Notes: generated by a model from the letters alone, not told the origin. 60,281 bases of DNA from an uncultured Alphaproteobacteria bacterium (GCA_903937405.1 CAIZZE010000072.1:1-60281), one strand, 5' to 3'; counted from the first letter of the stretch, positions 19,769-29,961 are shown. Program-made: numbers and translations.

Positions 19769-20173
19769 TTAAACTTCTAAAAGAGATTGAATTTTTTTGA
19801 TTAAATCTTGCGCCGCTTTTTCTTCGTAAGGTTTGGCTGCAGCAAATTCCCAGATTGGTTTGGGGAAAGCAATGTCAGTTTTGAAGCGGCCGATTACGTG
19901 GATGTGAAGTTGTTTTACCATATTTCCTAAAGTAGCGATGTTTAATTTATCAATCGCGAAACCTTTTTGCAGAGCTTTAGAAACTTGGTTTATTTCGTGC
20001 AAAATTTCGGTTTGATCTGCAAAATCAAGATCAGTTAATTCAACAGCATCAACCTTTCTTGGCACCAAAATGAACCATAAATAATTAGAATCATTTTTTA
20101 GAAGCAGGCGCGAAAATTTAAGTTCGGCAACTGTGAAACTGCCGGAATTTAATTTTGGGTCGATTGTAAACAT
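19769..20173 (-). CDS. HIT (histidine triad) family hydrolase
   Basis: 134 aa with the histidine-triad motif QLHIHVIGR. Confidence 0.75.
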   Translation of the reverse strand: MFTIDPKLNSGSFTVAELKFSRLLLKNDSNYLWFILVPRKVDAVELTDLDFADQTEILHEINQVSKALQKGFAIDKLNIATLGNMVKQLHIHVIGRFKTDIAFPKPIWEFAAAKPYEEKAAQDLIKKIQSLLEV

Positions 20174-20247
20174 AAATTAGAATTTAAGATTTAAGAAATT
20201 AGTTTTAGATTAGTCTGTGTTATAAATTTAATTCTTAAACCTCGAAA

Positions 20248-21918
20248 TTGCTCAAACATCTTTCAATTCAAAATATCGTTTTAATCGATAAAGCTGAAAT
20301 CAACTTTGCGTCAGGCCTTTGTATTTTAACGGGCGAAACTGGCTCTGGAAAGTCGATTTTACTTGATGCACTTGGTTTAGCAATTGGCTTTCGTTCTAAT
20401 TTGCGGCTGATTGGTAATGATGAAAAAAAGGCACAAGTTGCGGCGGAATTTGATATTTCAAAAAACCAAAATTGCCAAAATATTTTAGCGGTAAATGATT
20501 TACTTGATGCTGAAAATCCAGACTTGCTGCGCATTCGCAGGTCAATTCAAGAAAGTTCATCAAGCAAAGCTTTTGTAAATGATATTTCAATTGGAGTAAA
20601 TCTTTTGGCTAAAATTGGTGAATCTTTGCTCGAAATTCACGGACAACATGATCAGCGCGGGCTTTTAAATCCAAGTGCGCATGGCGATATTTTGGATGAA
20701 TTTGCGCAGAATCAAAATCTCTTGAAAAACCTCAAAAAAAATTACGAAGAATTAAAAGAAGTTGAAGAAAAAATTGCTGATTTTAAGTCGAAAAAAGAAG
20801 AGGCAAAAAGAGAGAAAGATTATTTAGAACATGTTGTAAAAGAGCTTGAAAATGCAGCAATTGAAGGCGATGAAGAAGAAAAATTAGTAGCACAAAAAAA
20901 TCAACTTTTGGGCAAAGAAAAAGTTCTGAATTTTTTATCAGATTTTAAATCGCATTTAACCGAAGCTAATTCGCAATTAATTTTGGCGCAGCGAATTTTT
21001 ATTCGAAATCATAATGTGGTTGATAATTTTTTAGCTGATAAAAAAGATGATTTTGAAAATTTAAGCGAAAGATTTGATCGCCAAAATAATGAATTGGATG
21101 CAGCAATTTCAAGCGTGGATGCCACAATTAGAGAAATTGTAAATTCGGAAAATAATCTTGAAGAAATTGAAGAAAGATTATTTTTTATTAGAAGTTTGGC
21201 GCGTAAATACAATGTCACAACTAATGAACTTGAACAGGTTATTTTAGATTCAAAAGAAAAATTAAAACTTTTGGTTAATGAAGAAGAAATGTCTGCCGAT
21301 CTTGAATTGAAGCAAGTTGAACTGAGTTCTAAATATCAAAAAACTGCGCAGGAATTAAGCGAGAAAAGAAAAAAATCGGCGCTGATTTTATCGAAAAAAG
21401 TTGAGGAAGAATTACAATTTCTCAAAATGGGTGATGTGAAATTTGTGGTCGAAATATTGGATACAGCGCCTTCTTTCAAAGGTCACGATAAAATCCGTTT
21501 CATTTCCTCAATTAATAAAAACGGTTTTGATGATATTTCCAAAATCGCTTCCGGAGGCGAGCTTTCACGTTTTATGTTGGCGTTAAAAGTTGCATTGATG
21601 AATGTGAAATCGGTGCCAACAATGATCTTTGATGAAATTGATACCGGAATTGGCGGAAGCACGGCTGACGCGGTTGGAAAACGTTTGAAAATTTTATCGG
21701 AAAGATTGCAGATTTTGGTGGTAACGCATCAGCCACAAATTGCAGCGAAGGCGGATTTGCATTTTAAGATTAGTAAAGTTTCAAATTCGCAAAAAATTAA
21801 AACGGTGATTGAAACTTTGAGTGAAAAAAATCGTCAGGCCGAAATTGCGCGGATGTTGTCGGGAGAAATTGTGAGTCAGGAAGCGATTGCGGCGGCTTAT
21901 AAATTGATTAACAATTAA
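20248..21918 (+). CDS. recN: DNA repair protein RecN
   Basis: N-terminal Walker A (LTGETGSGKSILLDAL), long coiled coil, and C-terminal SGGELSRFMLALK / IFDEIDTGIGG. TTG start. Confidence 0.9.
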   Translation: MLKHLSIQNIVLIDKAEINFASGLCILTGETGSGKSILLDALGLAIGFRSNLRLIGNDEKKAQVAAEFDISKNQNCQNILAVNDLLDAENPDLLRIRRSIQESSSSKAFVNDISIGVNLLAKIGESLLEIHGQHDQRGLLNPSAHGDILDEFAQNQNLLKNLKKNYEELKEVEEKIADFKSKKEEAKREKDYLEHVVKELENAAIEGDEEEKLVAQKNQLLGKEKVLNFLSDFKSHLTEANSQLILAQRIFIRNHNVVDNFLADKKDDFENLSERFDRQNNELDAAISSVDATIREIVNSENNLEEIEERLFFIRSLARKYNVTTNELEQVILDSKEKLKLLVNEEEMSADLELKQVELSSKYQKTAQELSEKRKKSALILSKKVEEELQFLKMGDVKFVVEILDTAPSFKGHDKIRFISSINKNGFDDISKIASGGELSRFMLALKVALMNVKSVPTMIFDEIDTGIGGSTADAVGKRLKILSERLQILVVTHQPQIAAKADLHFKISKVSNSQKIKTVIETLSEKNRQAEIARMLSGEIVSQEAIAAAYKLINN

Positions 21919-22087
21919 TCGAACTAGGTCCTCGACGACGCTTCGCTTTGCTTGACCACCTGAAATTCTTAACTAAGAAAATTTTAAGCAACGAATGTTT
22001 GCTTTCTTGATTTTGAAAAATATTTTCCAAAGCAAATACCGAGGCAAATAATTTTCTTTAAAAATCTAAAAAAATCTCCTTTTAAAA

Positions 22088-23911
22088 ATGTCTGAAGATA
22101 ATGCTGCGGTCCGGCATTTTCGTAACTTTGTTATAATCTCTTTTGCCATCTTTTTTGTCCTAGCCCTTTGTTTTTATATTACCGGCACGCTTGTAATCGT
22201 AACGGTCAATGGCAAATGGGAAATCATCAAGGCCTATTCAAAACTTCCAATCAATAAGCAGTTCTCTTATCTCTTTAGCACAATGCTGGCTTACTGGAAA
22301 TTTTATTTCATAAATTCCGATAAACTCACCACTGAAAGTTACAATTATTTCACCACAAAACTCTGGATCACTTCACTTCTTCCTTACACAATTTTACTAA
22401 CTTTAGGTTGGGTATTTCGCGCGCCAATTATGGACTGGCGGCCATTTAAAAAACCAGAATCAATTCATGGTGACGCTAAATGGGCGACACTACAAGATGT
22501 AAAAAAAATGGGTCTGCGTGCTAAAACCGGCATATTGCTGGGGATGTATAATAAAAAGATGATTATCGCCGATGGTTATCAACATATTCTTTTATTCGCA
22601 CCAACGGGTTCTGGTAAAGGTGTGGGCTTCGTAATTCCGAATCTTCTTTTTTGGCAAGATTCCGTAATCGTTCACGATCTTAAATTAGAGAACTATGAAT
22701 TAACTTCGGGCTGGCGCAAAACAAACCTCAAGCAAAAAGTTTTTTTATGGAATCCTGCAGATCCTGACGGCGTTTCGCATTGTTACAACCCGATGGATTG
22801 GATCAGTAAAAAACCTGGTCAAATGGTGGATGACGTACAGAAAATTTGTAACTTCCTGTTGCCAGAACAAGAATTTTGGCAAAACGAGGCGCGTGCACTT
22901 TTGACCGGAATCATGCTTTATTTAGTTGCTGCCGAAGACAAGCCGGCAACGCTTGGAGAAGTTGTACGTACACTGAGAAATGATGACGTGGTTTACAATT
23001 TGGCGGTGGTTTTGGATACGATGGGTAAAAAAATTCACCCAGTTTCTTACATGAATATCGCCTCATATTTACAAAAACCGGATAAAGAGCGCGGCTCCGT
23101 GACATCAACAGCCAACTCGTCTCTCGAGCTTTGGGCCAACCCGTTGATCGACACTACAACTGCGACTAGTGATTTCAATTTACATGAATTTAAAATTATT
23201 CCGCACACGGCTTATATCGGTTTAACACCAGATAACATCAGCCGCTTGAAGCCTTTGATGAATATGTTTTATCAGCAAGCCGCAGCTTTCTTCACCGCCA
23301 AAATGCCGCAGCCACATGAAAAATTCGGCGTTTTAATGCTGATGGACGAGTTTCCGACTTTAGGAAAAATGGAACAATTCTTGGCCGGTATCGCCTATTT
23401 CCGTGGTTACCGCGTGAGATTATTTTTAATCATTCAAGATACTGAGCAGCTGAAAGGAATTTATGAAGAAAGTGGTATGAACTCATTTTTATCAAACTCG
23501 ACTTATCGTATTACATTTGCGGCCAACAACATGGAAACGGCGAATTTAATTTCGCAACTTTTGGGCAATAAAACTGCGACTCAAATTTCTTACAACAAAC
23601 CAAAATATCTCGATTTAAACCCAGGTGCCCGTTCGCTTCACGTTTCAGAAACGCAGCGCGCATTGCTTTTACCGCAAGAGGTTATTCAGCTTCCAAGAGA
23701 TGAGCAGATTATTTTGATTGAATCTCAGCCGCCGATTAAATCGAAAAAGATTTTCTATTTTAAAGATAAGTTTTTCACCAGTAGATTGCTCAAAAAAATC
23801 GCCATTCCTAAACAAGAACCTTACATGCCGGATTATTCGAAAAATAAATCTTCGAAAGACGCCCCAAAAGATGCTGCTAAAGATGATTCTACGGGAACTA
23901 TTTCAGGATAG
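22088..23911 (+). CDS. virD4: Type IV secretion coupling protein VirD4/TraG family
   Basis: Two N-terminal TM helices, SIHGDAKWA, Walker A (APTGSGKGVGFVIPN) and Walker B region (VLMLMDEFPTLG). Confidence 0.88.
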   Translation: MSEDNAAVRHFRNFVIISFAIFFVLALCFYITGTLVIVTVNGKWEIIKAYSKLPINKQFSYLFSTMLAYWKFYFINSDKLTTESYNYFTTKLWITSLLPYTILLTLGWVFRAPIMDWRPFKKPESIHGDAKWATLQDVKKMGLRAKTGILLGMYNKKMIIADGYQHILLFAPTGSGKGVGFVIPNLLFWQDSVIVHDLKLENYELTSGWRKTNLKQKVFLWNPADPDGVSHCYNPMDWISKKPGQMVDDVQKICNFLLPEQEFWQNEARALLTGIMLYLVAAEDKPATLGEVVRTLRNDDVVYNLAVVLDTMGKKIHPVSYMNIASYLQKPDKERGSVTSTANSSLELWANPLIDTTTATSDFNLHEFKIIPHTAYIGLTPDNISRLKPLMNMFYQQAAAFFTAKMPQPHEKFGVLMLMDEFPTLGKMEQFLAGIAYFRGYRVRLFLIIQDTEQLKGIYEESGMNSFLSNSTYRITFAANNMETANLISQLLGNKTATQISYNKPKYLDLNPGARSLHVSETQRALLLPQEVIQLPRDEQIILIESQPPIKSKKIFYFKDKFFTSRLLKKIAIPKQEPYMPDYSKNKSSKDAPKDAAKDDSTGTISG

Positions 23912-23961
23912 ATCCTTAATTTTGGTATAGAAACTCTTTAAAAAACATCCAATTTCGAAAT

Positions 23962-24825
23962 ATGTTAATTTCATCAAAAGCAATAAAAGCGGCTGTAATC
24001 GGAAATCCTATTTCACATTCTTTATCGCCGAAAATTCATAATTTTTTATTAGAAAAACATCAAATTGATGGAATTTATTTAGCGCTGAAAATTGAGAAAA
24101 ATGATTTAGCTGTTTGTGTTGATTCTCTAGTAAAAATGGGCTTTGCCGGCTTTAATGTGACAGTTCCGCACAAAGAAGAAATTTTTAAAATTTGTGATTA
24201 TACAAGCAATACGGCGAAACTTTGCAAAGCTGTAAATACTGTAATTGTTACGCAGGATAAAAAACTTTTTGGACATAATTCCGACGCTGAAGGTTTTATT
24301 AACCACTTCAAAAATTCGGCACCGGATTTTGATTTTAATAATAAAAATATTTTTGTAATCGGTGCTGGTGGAGCAGCGCGCGCTGCGGTTTATTCTTTGA
24401 TAAAAGCAAAATCAAAAAAGATTTTTATTACCAATCGCAATCAAAATCGTGCTGAAGAATTAATAAAAGATTTTGCTGATTTTGCCGCGCAAAAAAATTG
24501 CGAGTTGGAATTTTTAGATGCGAAAAATTTTGAAGAAAAATTGGATATTTGTAATTTGCTTGTCAATAGCACAACTCTTGGAATGGAAGGACAGGAACCT
24601 TTGAGAATTGATTTAAAAAACTTAAATCAAAGTGCGATTGTTTATGATATTGTTTACAAACCTTTATTAACTGAACTTTTACAAGTTGCACAATCGCGGG
24701 GAAATAAAATTATCACCGGAGTTGGAATGCTGCTAAACCAAGCCTCAATAGGTTTTGAAGCATGGTTTAAACAAAAACCAGATGAAAAATTTCTAACTGA
24801 AATTTTAAAGATTTTGCAAATTTAA
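23962..24825 (+). CDS. aroE: Shikimate dehydrogenase
   Basis: IGNPISHSLSPKIHN substrate motif and GAGGAARA NADP-binding motif. Confidence 0.88.
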   Translation: MLISSKAIKAAVIGNPISHSLSPKIHNFLLEKHQIDGIYLALKIEKNDLAVCVDSLVKMGFAGFNVTVPHKEEIFKICDYTSNTAKLCKAVNTVIVTQDKKLFGHNSDAEGFINHFKNSAPDFDFNNKNIFVIGAGGAARAAVYSLIKAKSKKIFITNRNQNRAEELIKDFADFAAQKNCELEFLDAKNFEEKLDICNLLVNSTTLGMEGQEPLRIDLKNLNQSAIVYDIVYKPLLTELLQVAQSRGNKIITGVGMLLNQASIGFEAWFKQKPDEKFLTEILKILQI

Positions 24826-24827
24826 AA

Positions 24828-26147
24828 TTACGATACAATGCGGATTTCATTATTAGTCTTAGAAACTAACTTTGAAATACTGTTTTCTGTACTGAGGCGT
24901 TTTGTAGCATTTGAATTTGGAGATTCTGATGGATCAACAATAATCTCAATTTCATTAGCCTTTCCCTTGACTACCATTCCATAATATTCCACGCGAGTAA
25001 GTGCTTCTGGTAAAGAATCAAAAATTGCAGGTAAATTATTTTTTAAACCTGTCGTCAAATAAGCTCCCCAACTATCAAGAACTCCCCGTAACTTACTTCT
25101 TGAAGCTAAATCAGGATTGGTTTTATAGGAACATACAGAAATTTCAGCATCAGATTTTTCAATACCTGCACGCTCTAACCACTTACCTAAAAGTTCAGGA
25201 CTATATACGGCGTAAGGTAACATATGAATCTCTGCTGTTTCTGAATCTTCTAAATCTGATGGAGAATAAAAAACTTCGCTTTCCTTAAGTCCTAAATTTT
25301 TTCGCAATCCTCTATCACTATAAGTTGCTTGTTCTCTCAAAAACATAGCCTTTCCCGGAACTGTCAAAACCACATCATCTCTGGTAATAGCAACTAATTT
25401 TTTAAGAAAATTATCGCGCGCTTCAGAAGGAAAAATATGCGAAGTTGGACCATATAATGAACTTGTAATATCAACCTTTCCAATAGAATTAGCTAAATCT
25501 TGAGGTTTAATATCGGGATTAAGAGGCGACAATAATTCTACTAACAGATTTTCTTTTTGTAAAATTCCATGATTACGCATATGCTCTTCATCTACTGGTG
25601 GATTGCTTATTCCCAGATCATTAAAATCAAGTTTCTCTAATTTTTGTTTATAAGATTCAATTCCCACTGGAGAAATATCATAAGCTTTAACCACGATATT
25701 TACATCCGGAATTTCATCCGCAAACCAACGATAGAATTCTAAATCTCTTCCATCTCCACAACCAAAATCAAATATAACAAAATTATATGATGGAGTTTGT
25801 GGTGCTAATTTTTCATCAGGATTATTTTTACACTCTGCGATTTCTTTCTTAAAATTTTCAGTTCTTTCTTTGAAATTATTTAGAGATTTTTCTACAGCAT
25901 TCTTAAGAAAATACCATTCACCTTCAGGAAGCTGTCTTTCTGTATCAAATCTCGTAGCATAAACAGAAGATTCTCCACCTTTATAACGAATATCATAAAC
26001 CTCTGAAACTTTTTCTGGGTTCAATTGCGCTGCCAAATCAGAAAAACCGGGTTTTACGTCTTGACTACTAGTATCATCTGAGCTTCTATTTTCTAGGCTA
26101 TCGATTGATGAATTAGGGTTAGTCGGTATTTGAGAATTTCTAGACAT
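24828..26147 (-). CDS. Hypothetical protein with class I SAM-methyltransferase-like core and disordered Ser/Asn/Pro-rich N-terminus
   Basis: Motif I (DFGCGDG) is encoded at 25749-25769. The maximal ORF reaches a TTG at 26183; the ATG at 26147 (MSRNSQ) is preferred. Confidence 0.6.
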   Translation of the reverse strand: MSRNSQIPTNPNSSIDSLENRSSDDTSSQDVKPGFSDLAAQLNPEKVSEVYDIRYKGGESSVYATRFDTERQLPEGEWYFLKNAVEKSLNNFKERTENFKKEIAECKNNPDEKLAPQTPSYNFVIFDFGCGDGRDLEFYRWFADEIPDVNIVVKAYDISPVGIESYKQKLEKLDFNDLGISNPPVDEEHMRNHGILQKENLLVELLSPLNPDIKPQDLANSIGKVDITSSLYGPTSHIFPSEARDNFLKKLVAITRDDVVLTVPGKAMFLREQATYSDRGLRKNLGLKESEVFYSPSDLEDSETAEIHMLPYAVYSPELLGKWLERAGIEKSDAEISVCSYKTNPDLASRSKLRGVLDSWGAYLTTGLKNNLPAIFDSLPEALTRVEYYGMVVKGKANEIEIIVDPSESPNSNATKRLSTENSISKLVSKTNNEIRIVS

Positions 26148-26160
26148 TTTAAAAGAAAAA

Positions 26161-28095
26161 ATGAGATTAAAAAGTTTAAGCAAAGATTATAAAGTATTTT
26201 TCAACTTAGTAGTTTTCGCTTCGGTCTTTATTGCTACAACAACATTATACTTTTCATACAGGGATTTTACTAAAGTCTCCAAACAAGCTATGATTAGCAC
26301 CACGAATAAAATTGACCAACAAATTACAGAATCCCTTTCCTATCTCGAGAATATTTCCAACTTTGTAGCAAATCAAATAATAAAATATGGAAATTCAAAA
26401 AAAGAAAATATTGCGTCAATTTTGACTAACACTCGGCCCAAAATAAATGATAATGGCTATGACTTTTTCACCTGGACACTTTTCGATTTCGTTGATGCCA
26501 ATAATTACGTAGTTGCAAGCAGCACTCATGGCGCATTAACAAATCCAATTTTAGTCACCAATGAAGAAAGATCCTGGATTTACGAAGCCAAACAAAAACC
26601 CTGGAAACTTTTATCTTCTAAAGTTGATACCGGAATTATCAGCCGCGAACCAATTATTCCTTTTGGTTTTGGAATTAGTGATAAAGGAAAATTTCTCGGC
26701 ACAATTTCTTTTGGTGTTAATGTAGAAAAACTCGAAAGAAAATTAGAACTGCTTTCCAGCATTTCTTACATTAAATTCGTAGTTTTTGATGATAAAAATT
26801 CTGTTCTTCTTTCATCGGAAAATTTTAATAAGGAACAAGTTTTTGAGATCGCCGATGGTTTTGAAAAACTCGATAAAACCCTTTTGAATCCTGGTTTCAT
26901 TGAGATCAATAACCAGATTTTTTATTACCAACCAAATTCCCCGCATTCTTTTGCAATTTTAACCGGCATTAATAAAAAAATGTTTTTGTCAGAATTGCGC
27001 ATCAATTTCTTACCACATTTTCTTAATACTTTATATTTAACCATTTTCTTCCTGATTCTGCTTTTCTTTTTTAGAACCAGACTTTTAAATCCTGTTATCC
27101 AGCTTTCAAATTCAGCGTATGAAATTTCTCAAGGAAATACTAATGTATATATTCCTCATGCCGAAATTTCTGAAATTGATTTACTAGCAGAATCAATTGA
27201 ACAAGTTCGCGAATTTGTAGAAAAACAGGCTCAAGGTAAGATGCTGGCAGAAAAAGCCAATTTCAATAAAACCGAATTTTTAGCTTCCACAGCTCATGAA
27301 TTAAAAAATATCGTCGCCGGAATTATTGGTTTGGCAGAAGTAGTAAAAATTAATTTTTCTGAAAAAGCCGAATCAAATGATAACAATTTCTCAGCGCCAG
27401 AAATTTTGGAAAATCAAAGTTTTCTTGAAGATATTGTAAAATTAGGTGAAGAACTTTCAGAATTTATTCACGATATTATTGACATTAATCAAGCCCAAAC
27501 CGGTAACTTCAAAATTGAGGAACATTCTCTGGTTGATATGAAAGAAATAGTTATGCGCTCGGTAAAATTACTAAAAATCCGTGCCATAAAATCACAAAAA
27601 CAAATTGTTTCGCATTTTATAAAAAAGGATGACGAAGATTTTATCGTCAACAATATCGACCCTAGAAGAATCAAACAGGTTCTGGTAAACCTCATCAGTA
27701 ATTCAATTAAATATGCCGACGAACAAACCGCGATTGAAGTAAATCTGGAAAAGCTAAATGCTGGAGCTTCAGAAACTCTGCAAATCTCAATATTAGATAG
27801 CATCAAGCAAAACCCGCATATAAATCATGAGCGCAAAACCTATTTACAAAGCATTGTCAAAAAATCACGCCCCAAAATAATGATAAGTATCAAAGACCAT
27901 GGTTGCGGAATGAATGAAAATGAAATCAAAATTGCACTAGAAAAATATGGCCGAATTGAAATGGATCAAAGCAAATTCATTGATTCAACCGGACTAGGAT
28001 TGCCTTTGGTAAAACATCTGGTTGAAATGCAAGGTGGTATGATAGTTATTTCATCGGAGAAAAACGTGGGAACTGAAGTAAAAGTGTTTTTGTAA
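26161..28095 (+). CDS. Sensor histidine kinase with periplasmic sensor domain
   Basis: TM1, an extracytoplasmic region of about 260 aa, TM2, a HAMP-like linker, H-box (STAHELKNIVAGI) and HATPase G-boxes (DHGCGM, GLGLPLVKHLVEMQGG). No response regulator is adjacent. Confidence 0.8.
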   Translation: MRLKSLSKDYKVFFNLVVFASVFIATTTLYFSYRDFTKVSKQAMISTTNKIDQQITESLSYLENISNFVANQIIKYGNSKKENIASILTNTRPKINDNGYDFFTWTLFDFVDANNYVVASSTHGALTNPILVTNEERSWIYEAKQKPWKLLSSKVDTGIISREPIIPFGFGISDKGKFLGTISFGVNVEKLERKLELLSSISYIKFVVFDDKNSVLLSSENFNKEQVFEIADGFEKLDKTLLNPGFIEINNQIFYYQPNSPHSFAILTGINKKMFLSELRINFLPHFLNTLYLTIFFLILLFFFRTRLLNPVIQLSNSAYEISQGNTNVYIPHAEISEIDLLAESIEQVREFVEKQAQGKMLAEKANFNKTEFLASTAHELKNIVAGIIGLAEVVKINFSEKAESNDNNFSAPEILENQSFLEDIVKLGEELSEFIHDIIDINQAQTGNFKIEEHSLVDMKEIVMRSVKLLKIRAIKSQKQIVSHFIKKDDEDFIVNNIDPRRIKQVLVNLISNSIKYADEQTAIEVNLEKLNAGASETLQISILDSIKQNPHINHERKTYLQSIVKKSRPKIMISIKDHGCGMNENEIKIALEKYGRIEMDQSKFIDSTGLGLPLVKHLVEMQGGMIVISSEKNVGTEVKVFL

Positions 28096-28154
28096 TCACT
28101 CGACTGTCATTTTGTAACATAGCTAAATTTTAGAAAACCTAAATCAAAACCAAT

Positions 28155-28448
28155 ATGCTAAACTTTATTAAATCAATCCTGCGCACGATTCGCACCGTAA
28201 TTATTTCCTTAATTCTAATCTGCATCGTGATTTTCATGGTGAATAACCGCGACACTATTCAAGTGCATTTTTATCCTTTGCCTTTTGATCTCGAAACCAA
28301 AACTTTTTTAGTAATAATTTTATTCTTTATTTTAGGAATGATTTTTGGAATTTTAGCCTGCACCCAAAATATCATCGGTCGTAGCATCAATAGTTTCAAG
28401 GATCGTCGTAAAATTAACCAGCTTGAAAAACAAGTTAAAAAAAAATAA
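28155..28448 (+). CDS. LapA/DUF1049-like small inner-membrane protein
   Basis: 97 aa with two TM helices followed by a basic coiled tail (RRKINQLEKQVKKK). Confidence 0.5.
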   Translation: MLNFIKSILRTIRTVIISLILICIVIFMVNNRDTIQVHFYPLPFDLETKTFLVIILFFILGMIFGILACTQNIIGRSINSFKDRRKINQLEKQVKKK

Positions 28449-28569
28449 ACCAACCGCTTAATCATTTGTTGATTTCAAACTTTCGCTAAATAACATCCGC
28501 CAAATCAATTAATCACCACTCTTAAACGCTGTAAATTCCCTACTCTCTCAACTTATTAATCAATCAAAT

Positions 28570-29856
28570 ATGGCAAGTAATTTAACTATCATGGGCAACA
28601 AGGAAATTTTGTTGGTTGCTGAAAACATTGCACATGAAAAAGGCATCTCCCTTCAAGAGGTTGTAGGAGCTATGGAAGAAGGCATTAAACTTGCCGCTAA
28701 GAAAAAATATGGTCATCATTTAGATATTGAATGCCGTATCGATAAAAAATCGGGCCAAATTAAATTATTCAATAGATTACAAGTTGTCGAAGATGACAAA
28801 GAAGATTTCGATTCACGCACACACATCACTTTAAAACACGCCAAACTTGAAGATAAAGACGCAGCGCTTGGCGATTCTGTTGTTCAAGAATTGCCTCCAA
28901 TTGACTTGAACCGCGTTGTGGCGCAAGTTGCTAGAAATGAAATTATCCGCAAAGTTAAAGAAGCTGAAAAAAATAAAGAATATAACGAATTTAAAGATCG
29001 TTTGGGCGACATTGTTAGCGCTTCAGTTAAAAAAGTTGGTCTTAAAAATATCGTTATGGAAGTTGATGGTTATGAAGCTGTTATCCACGAAAGCGGTTTG
29101 ATTCCTAGAGAAAATTTCCGCGTTGGTGACCGCATGCGTTGCTATATTGAAGATGTTCGCAAAGAACCTCATGGCGCGCAAATCTTCCTTTCACGCACTC
29201 ATCCACAATTTTTGGTTCGCTTGTTTGAACAAGAAGTTCCTGAACTTTACGATGGCAATATCGAAGTTAAAGCTGTAGCTCGCGATCCGGGTTCACGCGC
29301 TAAAATTGCTATTTACTCGCGCCGCGATGATATCGACATCATCGGTTCATTCATCGGTATTCGCGGCAGTCGCGTTCAATCTGTAAGTTCAGAATTACGC
29401 GGTGAAAAAATCGACATCATGAAATGGTCACCAAACATTGCTGAATTGGTAGTTAGCGCGCTAACTCCGGCTAAAGTAAGCAAAGTTGTGGTTGATGAAG
29501 AAAATAGTTTAATCGAAGTTGTGGTGGCTGAAGATCAATTAAGTTTGGCAATCGGACGCGGCGGACAAAATGTTAAACTTGCTTCAAAATTAGTTGGTTA
29601 CAAAATCGACGTTATGACTGATGAGCAAGAATCAGTAAGAAGAACTGCAGAATTCAATCAAGCTTCTAAATTGTTTGCTGAAGCTTTAGACGTTGAAGAC
29701 ATGATAGCCAATCTTCTTGCTTCTGAAGGCTTCTTAAGCGTTGAAGAACTTGCCTCAGCTGAAACTTCTGAAGTTGCTTCAATTGAAGGATTCGACGAAG
29801 ATGTAGCAAAAGAAATCAAACGTAGAGCTGAAGAATATTTACAAAAAACAGCTTAA
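28570..29856 (+). CDS. nusA: Transcription termination/antitermination factor NusA
   Basis: NusA N-domain, S1 domain (GDIVSASVKKV...), two KH domains (LAIGRGGQNVKLASKL) and an acidic C-terminal tail. Confidence 0.9.
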   Translation: MASNLTIMGNKEILLVAENIAHEKGISLQEVVGAMEEGIKLAAKKKYGHHLDIECRIDKKSGQIKLFNRLQVVEDDKEDFDSRTHITLKHAKLEDKDAALGDSVVQELPPIDLNRVVAQVARNEIIRKVKEAEKNKEYNEFKDRLGDIVSASVKKVGLKNIVMEVDGYEAVIHESGLIPRENFRVGDRMRCYIEDVRKEPHGAQIFLSRTHPQFLVRLFEQEVPELYDGNIEVKAVARDPGSRAKIAIYSRRDDIDIIGSFIGIRGSRVQSVSSELRGEKIDIMKWSPNIAELVVSALTPAKVSKVVVDEENSLIEVVVAEDQLSLAIGRGGQNVKLASKLVGYKIDVMTDEQESVRRTAEFNQASKLFAEALDVEDMIANLLASEGFLSVEELASAETSEVASIEGFDEDVAKEIKRRAEEYLQKTA

Positions 29857-29889
29857 AAACGAAGAATTACCAAAGTGCTGCACTTAATC

Positions 29890-29912
29890 AAATTCGACTT
29901 TCGGTCGAATTT
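29890..29912 (+). terminator. Hairpin followed by a T-rich tract downstream of nusA
   Basis: AAATTCGAC-tttcg-GTCGAATTT followed by GGGTTTGTTTT. Confidence 0.4.
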
Positions 29913-29925
29913 GGGTTTGTTTTGA

Positions 29926-29961
29926 ATTGCTTCGCGGCGAGTGAATCGCCGCATCCGCAAT
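29926..29961 (+). repeat. GC-rich composite hairpin with GTGAA loop
   Basis: ATTGC-ttc-GCGGCGA-gtgaa-TCGCCGC-atcc-GCAAT followed by AGATTTATTTTTT. The GTGAA-loop hairpin style matches the arms of the element at 59901-60001. Confidence 0.5.
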
